Source: Phycisphaeraceae bacterium | GTDB taxonomy: Bacteria > Planctomycetota > Phycisphaerae > Phycisphaerales > Zrk34 | Assembly: GCA_040905565.1 (NCBI GenBank) | Contig: JBBDRF010000046.1 | Location: 21,817-33,864, forward strand | DNA: 12,048 nucleotides | Direction of reading: 5' to 3' | Shown here: piece by piece, positions 1 through 8,069 of the stretch | Numbering within the stretch: position 1 is the stretch's first letter | How the letters are laid out: each line of letters opens with the position of its first letter | Made by a program: the position numbers and the translations under genes | The notes under the pieces: model-generated | The model's database searches: none | Seen by the model: only the letters and a program-made list of their open reading frames with translations | What the model was told of the DNA's origin: nothing

Positions 1-50
1 GGCGGGGGGTTAACCCGGCCGCGGACACGATGAATCGTTTGCTACTTCTT

Positions 51-1253
<1,203 letters not shown>

Positions 1254-1260
1254 TTCAGAA

Positions 1261-1266
1261 ACCTCC
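1261..1266 (-). promoter_or_regulatory. Shine-Dalgarno of tuf (GGAGGT)
   Basis: Minus strand reads CGGAGGT-TTCTGAA-ATG, 7-nt spacing. Confidence 0.9.
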
Positions 1267-1374
1267 GTTGCGTGGCTCGGATTGAACGCGGCCTCACTAC
1301 CGTGAGTGAGACCGACCTGAGTATGCTGTCAACCAAGCCGCTTGAGGCGATACGCCTTGCCGAGGCTGGTTGCC

Positions 1375-1397
1375 GCTGTCCGCCCTATGCGGACAGC
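1375..1397. repeat. Perfect 9-bp inverted repeat (hairpin) in the tRNA-tuf spacer
   Basis: GCTGTCCGC (1375-1383), loop CCTAT, GCGGACAGC (1389-1397). Confidence 0.7.
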
Positions 1398-1452
1398 CTT
1401 GCTTGTTTTTCCACCCCGCGCCGTCGCCAGGGCGAGCAGCGGCGGCGGCGAA

Positions 1453-1525
1453 AGCCACCGACGGGACTTGAACCCGTGACCTCACCCTTACCAAGGGTGT
1501 GCTCTACCAACTGAGCTACGGTGGC
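1453..1525 (-). tRNA. tRNA-Thr (anticodon GGU), 73 nt, CCA not encoded
   Basis: Minus strand GCCACCG TA GCTC AGTTGGTA GAGC A CACCC TTGGTAA GGGTG AGGTC ACGGG TTCAAGT CCCGT CGGTGGC T folds into a full cloverleaf; position upstream of tuf matches the thrT-tufB arrangement. Confidence 0.98.
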
Positions 1526-1531
1526 GAGCGT

Positions 1532-1569
1532 GATTATGCTGCGCCCGTCGCGCCTTCCGCAGCATAGTC
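1532..1569. repeat. Inverted repeat immediately 5' of tRNA-Thr
   Basis: GATTATGCTGCG (1532-1543) / CGCAGCATAGTC (1558-1569), 11 of 12 complementary, 14-nt spacer. Confidence 0.7.
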
Positions 1570-1632
1570 TCAATACAAAAAGGCTGGACGTGGCGATGCC
1601 ATAGCCCGGCCCCTCTGGCGCGATAAGCGAGT

Positions 1633-1661
1633 AGCATAGGATCAGCCTCATCGCCTGTCAA
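1633..1661 (-). promoter_or_regulatory. Sigma70-type promoter for the tRNA-Thr/tuf transcript
   Basis: TTGACA (1661-1656), 17-nt spacer, TATGCT (1638-1633); predicted start near 1626. Confidence 0.8.
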
Positions 1662-1887
1662 ATGCCTGCACACGACGGGCTAACCCTCATCGGGCGGCGC
1701 CTATGCGGCCCTTGGGACACCGGTAGTTTAGCCGCTTGTTTGATCGGGACCACTGCGGCTGGGGACGGGCAGGTCGTAGACCGGCGGCTGTGGTGCTCAG
1801 CGAACACCTACTAACTAAGGGGCGGCAGTCAGCGAACGCAGCGAGACGGCCGGCTGCTGTCGCACAGCACTCACCGGCACGCGCTCC

Positions 1888-1916
1888 TTGCTGAAAAGCG
1901 GGGAGTTGGCTATAAG
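1888..1916 (+). promoter_or_regulatory. Candidate sigma70-type promoter for metK
   Basis: TTGCTG (1888-1893), 17-nt spacer, TATAAG (1911-1916; lacks the -7 T). Confidence 0.5.
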
Positions 1917-1959
1917 TACGGGGCTTCTCAATTTTCTGCTTCCCCTTCGGACACCCCAT

Positions 1960-1965
1960 AAGGAG
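1960..1965 (+). promoter_or_regulatory. Shine-Dalgarno of metK (AAGGAG)
   Basis: AAGGAG-CGCGC-GTG, 5-nt spacing to GTG at 1971. Confidence 0.85.
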
Positions 1966-1970
1966 CGCGC

Positions 1971-3155
1971 GTGTCGGGCAAATTCAACAGCGACGATCGG
2001 TACCTGTTCACCAGTGAATCGGTTTCAATGGGTCATCCGGACAAGGTTTCTGATCAGGTATCCGATGCGGTACTTGACTCTTTGCTTGCGGTAGATCCAG
2101 CAGCACGCGTAGCTTGCGAGACGCTTTGCACGACGGGTCTGGTCGTCGTCGCCGGCGAAGTGACGGTGCACAATACCGAGGCGATCCAGGCGATGGACCG
2201 CATCGAAGACACGGTTCGCCAGACGGTCCGCGAGATCGGCTATACCGATCCCGGCATGAAGTTCGATGCCGACAGCTGTGCGGTGCTTCGGACGATTCAT
2301 GCCCAGTCGGAAGATATTGCCCGGGGTGTGGATTCGGACGGCGCGGGCGACCAGGGGATGATGTTCGGCTTCGCCTGCCGCGAGACGCCTCAGCTGATGC
2401 CCGTGCCGATCCAACTCGCCCACGCGCTGATGGATCGCCACGCCAAGGTGCGCCGCTCCGGCAAGATCAAGGGCCTCCGCCCGGACGCCAAGAGCCAGGT
2501 CACCGTGGAGTACGACGGCCTCAAGCCCGTCCGCGTGCATACCGTGGTGCTCTCAACGCAGCACGAGCCGATGTGGAACGGCAAAGCCAAGCAAGAAAAG
2601 CTCAAACGCGAAGTCCTCAAGCACATCATCGATCCGGTGATCCCGAAGAAGCTGGCCAACGGCGACCTGATCGTCCACGTGAACCCCACGGGGCAGTTTG
2701 AGATCGGCGGGCCTCATGGGGATACGGGACTGACGGGGCGGAAGATTATCGTCGATACCTACGGCGGCCGGGGCAGGCACGGCGGCGGGGCCTTCTCGGG
2801 TAAAGATCCGACGAAGGTCGACCGCTCCGCGACGTACATGGCGCGCTACGTGGCGAAGAACGTCGTCGCGGCGAAGCTTGCCGACGTCTGCGAGCTACAA
2901 TTGTCCTACGCGATCGGCGTCGCCGAGCCCACGAGCGTGCATGTCGATTGTTTCGGCACGCAGCGGCTGGCGCCGGAGAAGATCGCGGCGCTGATCCGTG
3001 AGCACTTCGATCTGACGCCGAACGGCATCATCAAGTCGCTGGATCTTCGCAAGCCGATCTACCGACACACCGCCTACCATGGCCACTTCGGCAAGCCCAA
3101 CTTCCGATGGGAGCAGACGGATAAGGCCAAGCAGCTGGCGCAGGCGGCCAAGTGA
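1971..3155 (+). CDS. metK: S-adenosylmethionine synthetase (394 aa, GTG start)
   Basis: [59 protein letters not shown] motifs. Confidence 0.99.
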   Translation: MSGKFNSDDRYLFTSESVSMGHPDKVSDQVSDAVLDSLLAVDPAARVACETLCTTGLVVVAGEVTVHNTEAIQAMDRIEDTVRQTVREIGYTDPGMKFDADSCAVLRTIHAQSEDIARGVDSDGAGDQGMMFGFACRETPQLMPVPIQLAHALMDRHAKVRRSGKIKGLRPDAKSQVTVEYDGLKPVRVHTVVLSTQHEPMWNGKAKQEKLKREVLKHIIDPVIPKKLANGDLIVHVNPTGQFEIGGPHGDTGLTGRKIIVDTYGGRGRHGGGAFSGKDPTKVDRSATYMARYVAKNVVAAKLADVCELQLSYAIGVAEPTSVHVDCFGTQRLAPEKIAALIREHFDLTPNGIIKSLDLRKPIYRHTAYHGHFGKPNFRWEQTDKAKQLAQAAK

Positions 3156-3222
3156 GCGACGCTTGCGGCGTCTGGTGCTGACGTTTTTCTGACTTCGGAC
3201 CGCTGCTACCTTTGCGACACTG

Positions 3223-4980
3223 ATGGAGATTCGAAAAGGCATCCCGGTTTCACCAGGCGTGGCAATCTGCCCTGCTGTGGTGCTTGACGCCGAGGACGTA
3301 CACGTCCCCCGGAGGCAGGTGCCGCGCGGCGTCCTTGCGCATCAGCATGATCGGCTCGAGGATGCGATCAACCGGGCGCGGGATGAGATCGAGAAGCTTC
3401 GCGATGAAGTGGCTGACGAGCTGGGCCCGGAAACGGCGAAGATCTTCGGCTTTCATCTGGGGATGCTTCAGGACAAGACGCTGATCGGGCAGGTGCACGA
3501 GTTCATCGACGCCGAGGCCGTGACCGCGGAGTTCGCACTGGCGAGCGTGATGCGGAAGCTCACGCAGACGTTCCTGCAGCAGGCGAACCCGCTGTTCCGC
3601 GAACGCGTCAGCGATATCTGGGATCTGGAAAAACGCGTCCTTAAGCATCTGGTCGAGGAAGTCCGGGCGGAGCTTGGGCACCTGGAACACGAAGCGGTCG
3701 TCGTCGCGCATGATCTGACGCCCTCGCAGACAGCTTCACTTGATAAGACGATGATCCGCGGGATGGTGACCGACGCTGGCGGCCGAACCAGCCATACCGC
3801 CATCGTGGCGCGGGCGCTGGGGATTCCCGCCGTGGTCGGGCTTGAGAATGTCACGTCGGTGATCTCCAGTGCGGACGTATTGATTGTCGACGGCAACCGG
3901 GGGCTGGTGATCATCAACCCCGATCCCGATCAGCTTGAAGAATATCGGCAGTACGAGCTTCGCATTCAGGTGCTGGAGCAGCGGCTGGTCGATCTTGCTG
4001 AACTGCCGGCCGTCACGCGTGATGGGGTGCATATCAGTCTGCAGGCGAATATCGAATTCCCTGAAGAGATCGCCCTCGCGCTTGAAAAAGGGGCAGCGGG
4101 GATCGGGCTTTACCGCACAGAATACCTGTTCCTTTCGACCGAGACCGAACCGGACGAGGAGCAGCAGCTTAAAGCCTTCATGCAGGCGATCGAGATCCTC
4201 GGCGACCGGCCGCTGACGATTCGCACGCTCGATCTGGGGGCGGACAAATACACACAGCGGCAGGCGGAAACGCCCGAGCGGAACCCGTTCCTGGGCTGCC
4301 GCTCGATCCGCTTCTGCCTGCAGAATCTGAACCTTTTCAAGACGCATCTGCGGGCGATCCTGCGTGCCAGTGCGTTCGGCAATACGCGGGTGATGTTCCC
4401 GCTGATTTCGAACATGATGGAACTGCGACAGGCGCGGATGATCCTTCATGATGTGATGGAGGATCTGGAAGAGCAGGACATCGCGTTCGACCGCGATGTG
4501 CCGGTGGGCATGATGATCGAGGTGCCCTCGGCGGCGCTGATGGCGCGTAGCTTCATCCCTGAGGTGGACTTTTTCTCGATCGGGACCAATGATCTGGTGC
4601 AGTACACGCTTGCGGTGGATCGTGCGAACGAGCACGTGGCGTCGCTTTACAGCGCCGCCGACCCAGCGGTGCTGATGTTGATTAAGGACGTGATCCGCGC
4701 ATCTCGGCGTACGAAGGTTGATATATCGTGCTGTGGCGAGATGGCGGGTGAGATTGAATACGTGATGTTGCTTCTGGGTATGGGTCTGCGGACGTTTTCG
4801 ATGACGCCGCAGGCGATTCCGGAAGTGAAACAGGTGATCCGCTCAGTCACCATTGCCGACTGCGAACGTGTGGCCCGCCGCGTGGCGAGCTATGATTCGG
4901 AGCGGCAGGTGATAAACTATTTACGCGAAGAGACGCGTAAGATTGTGCCCGAGGCGTTCGACGGTCGGGCCGTCGTCTGA
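3223..4980 (+). CDS. ptsI: Phosphoenolpyruvate-protein phosphotransferase, PTS Enzyme I (585 aa)
   Basis: GIPVSPG N-terminus, phospho-His motif GGRTSHTAIVAR, GLYRTE, IRTLDLGADK, NPFLGCR, FFSIGTNDLVQY, CGEMAG; no N-terminal GAF domain. Confidence 0.96.
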   Translation: MEIRKGIPVSPGVAICPAVVLDAEDVHVPRRQVPRGVLAHQHDRLEDAINRARDEIEKLRDEVADELGPETAKIFGFHLGMLQDKTLIGQVHEFIDAEAVTAEFALASVMRKLTQTFLQQANPLFRERVSDIWDLEKRVLKHLVEEVRAELGHLEHEAVVVAHDLTPSQTASLDKTMIRGMVTDAGGRTSHTAIVARALGIPAVVGLENVTSVISSADVLIVDGNRGLVIINPDPDQLEEYRQYELRIQVLEQRLVDLAELPAVTRDGVHISLQANIEFPEEIALALEKGAAGIGLYRTEYLFLSTETEPDEEQQLKAFMQAIEILGDRPLTIRTLDLGADKYTQRQAETPERNPFLGCRSIRFCLQNLNLFKTHLRAILRASAFGNTRVMFPLISNMMELRQARMILHDVMEDLEEQDIAFDRDVPVGMMIEVPSAALMARSFIPEVDFFSIGTNDLVQYTLAVDRANEHVASLYSAADPAVLMLIKDVIRASRRTKVDISCCGEMAGEIEYVMLLLGMGLRTFSMTPQAIPEVKQVIRSVTIADCERVARRVASYDSERQVINYLREETRKIVPEAFDGRAVV

Positions 4981-5183
4981 GCAATCGGTGTCGTCAGGAT
5001 GACGCGCCGCCTGCGGGTAGAGAGACATTTTTCAGTACACCGCGGGGTTGCCTCGCTCTCCCACTGGATTGAGCGACGCAGCACCTGCCCAACCGCGGCA
5101 CCGTGCCGGCAGATTGATGGTTTTACCGCTCCCCGTCGGGGTCGAGCCGCCGTCTTTCCTGCCGCGTTGCCGGCGAGTCACAA

Positions 5184-8069
5184 ATGGCCAATCAGGACAT
5201 GCTCATCAACTTCCTCCCGGGCGAAGAATGCCGAATCGCCATCGTGGAGGACGGGAAACTCGAAGAACTTTATACCGAACGCACCAGTGCCGATCTGCAC
5301 GTGGGCAACATCTATCGGGGTCGGGTCACGAACGTGGAGCCTTCTATTCAGGCAGCGTTCGTGGATTTCGGCCTTGAACGTTCGGGCTTTCTACACATCA
5401 GCGATCTGCACCCGCGTTTCTTCCCCGGTGAAGATCGTGAGCAGACCGAGCGGGTGGGTCACAAAACGCCCCGGCGCGAACGGCCGCCGATTCAGGCCGC
5501 TTTGAAGCGCGGCCAGACGATCCCCGTGCAGGTGCTCAAAGAGGGCATCGGTACGAAGGGCCCCACCGTCAGCAGCTATCTTTCGATCCCCGGCCGCTTC
5601 CTCGTGATGATGCCGTACATGGAACGGCACGGCGTCAGCCGAAAGATCGAGGACGAAGAAAAACGCCGGGACATGCGGAAGATTCTTGACGAGCTCGATC
5701 CGCCTGAGAACCTCGGCTTCATCGTCCGCACCGCTGGGTTCGAGCGGCCCAAGAGCGAACTCAAGCGCGATCTGAACTACCTGCTGCGGCTTTGGAAAGA
5801 TATCGAACGGCGGATGAAGACCGGCCGCGGGCCCTCGGAGCTTTACGCCGAGAGCGACCTGATCATCCGCACGCTGCGGGATGTGATCACGTCGGACGTG
5901 AAGCGGATTATCGTGGACGACCGCGTGGCGGCGTTGCGGGCCAAGCAGTTCCTCAAGCTCGCCAGCCCCCGCACCACCACGAAGGTAATTCATTACCAGG
6001 ACAGCGTGCCGTTGTTCGACGCGTTCGATATCGAACGGCAGATTCAGCAGATCAACAGCCGCACCGTGCCGCTGGATTGTGGCGGCTCGCTGGTGATCGA
6101 CCAGACCGAAGCGATGGTCGCCATCGACATCAACAGCGGCAAGTTCCGCGACAAGAAAGATGCTGAGCAGACGGCCTTCCTGACCAACCAGGACGCCATC
6201 GATGAGATCGCACGCCAGCTCCGCCTGCGCGACCTCGGCGGCCTGCTCGTGCTCGACCTTATCGACATGTACGCCAACCGGCATCGGCGTGAGATCGAAC
6301 GACGCTTCCGGGAGAACCTCAAGAAAGATCGCGCCCGCACCAAGGTGCTCAAGATCAGCGAGTTGGGGCTGCTGGAGATGACGCGTCAGCGGATGCGGCC
6401 GTCGCTGAAGAAATCGGTCTACAACGAGTGCGACGACTGCGGCGGGACGGGGCAGGTGCTCAGTCCGGAAAGCGTGGCGCTGGAAGTGATGCGACGCATC
6501 GCCGTCACGCTTCACGCCAACCGCGTGGCACGGGTGGAACTTACCGCGAACCCCGAAGTGCTGGCGATGCTGCTGAACCGCCGACGGGCGGCCCTTGCGG
6601 AACTCGAAGCCGACACCGGCAAGCCGATCCGCTTCACCGCCGACGCCAGTTTCGGGCCTGATCAGGTGAAGCTGGTCTGCATGGACAGCAACGGTCACGA
6701 GATCGACCTGGACCGGCTGCCGAAGATCCGCTCACCGCGATTCACCGATGCCGACGAAGTGAACGTGAAGGACCTTGAGGATCTTGACGAAGCTTCACGT
6801 CTGCCGTTCGAAGAAGACGAAGAAGAAACGACGCCCGACACTCGGCCGGCACAAGCCCCGGCACAGCAGACATCGAACGGCGGGGAGAACGGCGACGAGG
6901 CCGATGGCGAGGGCGAGGGCGGCGGACGCAAGAAACGGCGTCGACGCCGACGACGGCGGCGCGGCGGCGGCGGCGAGGACGGCGACCAGCAAGGTGGCGA
7001 CGCTGCGAACGCTGACCAGCAGACGGCACGCTCGGAAACCGTCCGCCCTGACGACCCTGACCGTGACGCCTCGCAACCGGCGGAAGACGATCAGCGAAAC
7101 GGCCGAGGCGACGGACGACCGGATCAGCAACGTGGACGGGGCCGTGGGCCTCGCTCACGGGATCGGGATCGGGATCGGCAGCCGCCGGAAGATCGAGGCG
7201 CGTCGCGTGATCGTGATCGTGATCGTGATGAAGCTCAGCCGACTCCGCCTGTTTCGGGCGGGTACGAAGGCGCGTCGGTCCGCAAGCCGGGCGACGAAGT
7301 GCTCGGGCCCGGCAACGTCATCAAGGATGCGGAACGCGACGGCAACGCCGAGCGTCCCAACAACGGTGATGGCGAAGGCGAAGGCGGCGGCCGAAGGCGG
7401 CGCAGGCGTCGGCGCGGTGGGCGTCGGCGGCGAGGCGGACGCTCACGCGATGACAATCAGAATGCCGAGAACGCGACCGGCGATGCCGAGCACACCAACG
7501 GCCATACGCAGCCCGAGGCCGACGGCAACGCCGAGCCACCCGCGGAAATCGTCGCCGCGGCGGAACCGGAAGAGCCGGTGCGTGAACCTGTCGCCGTCGA
7601 AACGCCACCTGCTGCCGAAGCGGTTGTGCCGGACGATGCGGTGACGCCGACACCGACGCCGACCGTCACCGATGCGGAACCTGTCACGGAAGCGGCGGAG
7701 GAGGAAGAAGCTCCGCCCAAGCCCGTCAAGAAGAAGCGTGCGCCGCGGCGTCGCAAGACCAAGGCGACCAAGGACAAGGAAGCCGAAGCGAAGGAAGAAA
7801 CGGCTGCTCCCTCGGCGGAGACGGAGAACTCGGGCGACAAGCCTGAGGGGAACGATGATGAAGCTGAGGCGGCTGCTCCGCCGCGTCGTCGGCGCTCGCG
7901 CAGCACCGGTGGCGGGCGTCGTGCCTCCACGGCGAAGAAGGCTTCCCCCCCCGCCGCTCCCGCTGAGGATGCGGGTGAGGACGCCGGGTCAGCCGCGGCG
8001 CCTGCGGTGGCCTCATCCGACACGCCGGACGCCGCTTCTGATACCTCCTCGAGTGACCGGGACTCATGA
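5184..8069 (+). CDS. rne: Ribonuclease E/G family endoribonuclease with long disordered C-terminal tail (961 aa)
   Basis: S1 domain (VGNIYRGRVTNVEPSIQAAFVDFG..GFLHISD), catalytic IDINSG and LRLRDLGGLLVLDLIDM, Zn-link CDDCGGTG; about 420-aa low-complexity tail favours RNase E over G. Confidence 0.93.
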   Translation: MANQDMLINFLPGEECRIAIVEDGKLEELYTERTSADLHVGNIYRGRVTNVEPSIQAAFVDFGLERSGFLHISDLHPRFFPGEDREQTERVGHKTPRRERPPIQAALKRGQTIPVQVLKEGIGTKGPTVSSYLSIPGRFLVMMPYMERHGVSRKIEDEEKRRDMRKILDELDPPENLGFIVRTAGFERPKSELKRDLNYLLRLWKDIERRMKTGRGPSELYAESDLIIRTLRDVITSDVKRIIVDDRVAALRAKQFLKLASPRTTTKVIHYQDSVPLFDAFDIERQIQQINSRTVPLDCGGSLVIDQTEAMVAIDINSGKFRDKKDAEQTAFLTNQDAIDEIARQLRLRDLGGLLVLDLIDMYANRHRREIERRFRENLKKDRARTKVLKISELGLLEMTRQRMRPSLKKSVYNECDDCGGTGQVLSPESVALEVMRRIAVTLHANRVARVELTANPEVLAMLLNRRRAALAELEADTGKPIRFTADASFGPDQVKLVCMDSNGHEIDLDRLPKIRSPRFTDADEVNVKDLEDLDEASRLPFEEDEEETTPDTRPAQAPAQQTSNGGENGDEADGEGEGGGRKKRRRRRRRRRGGGGEDGDQQGGDAANADQQTARSETVRPDDPDRDASQPAEDDQRNGRGDGRPDQQRGRGRGPRSRDRDRDRQPPEDRGASRDRDRDRDEAQPTPPVSGGYEGASVRKPGDEVLGPGNVIKDAERDGNAERPNNGDGEGEGGGRRRRRRRRGGRRRRGGRSRDDNQNAENATGDAEHTNGHTQPEADGNAEPPAEIVAAAEPEEPVREPVAVETPPAAEAVVPDDAVTPTPTPTVTDAEPVTEAAEEEEAPPKPVKKKRAPRRRKTKATKDKEAEAKEETAAPSAETENSGDKPEGNDDEAEAAAPPRRRRSRSTGGGRRASTAKKASPPAAPAEDAGEDAGSAAAPAVASSDTPDAASDTSSSDRDS
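7158..7178 (+). repeat. In-frame hexamer tandem repeat (CGGGAT)x3.5 encoding RDRDRDR
   Basis: Read directly from sequence. Confidence 0.9.
7206..7229 (+). repeat. In-frame hexamer tandem repeat (CGTGAT)x4 encoding RDRDRDRD
   Basis: Read directly from sequence. Confidence 0.9.

Noticed and set aside
1..29. Imperfect palindrome centred on GGGTTAACCC downstream of tuf, as a terminator
   Set aside because: Truncated by the window edge, so a U-tract cannot be assessed.
1304..1332. Perfect TTGACA on the minus strand (1332-1327) in the tRNA-tuf spacer
   Set aside because: No TANNNT at 16-18 nt spacing.
1453..1525. tRNA as an integration site for a prophage or island
   Set aside because: No integrase, no duplicated tRNA 3' end, and both flanks are core genes.
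1684..1800. Faint SAM-I riboswitch resemblance (CTCATC...GGCCC...GGTGCT)
   Set aside because: Lacks the AGA and GAGGGA elements, GCAACC and a closing GATGAG/GATAAG P1 strand.
1385..2094. Short ORFs (61-90 aa) in the tRNA-metK intergenic region
   Set aside because: They overlap the tRNA, promoters or metK and have no recognisable motifs or convincing starts.
4999..5505. 168-aa and 109-aa ORFs over the rne leader
   Set aside because: Out-of-frame overlap with rne; Arg/Pro-rich composition typical of spurious GC-rich frames.
6888..7536. Repeats in rne as a CRISPR array or phase-variation switch
   Set aside because: No repeat-spacer periodicity and no cas genes; repeat units are multiples of 3 and in frame, so slippage would not switch the gene off.
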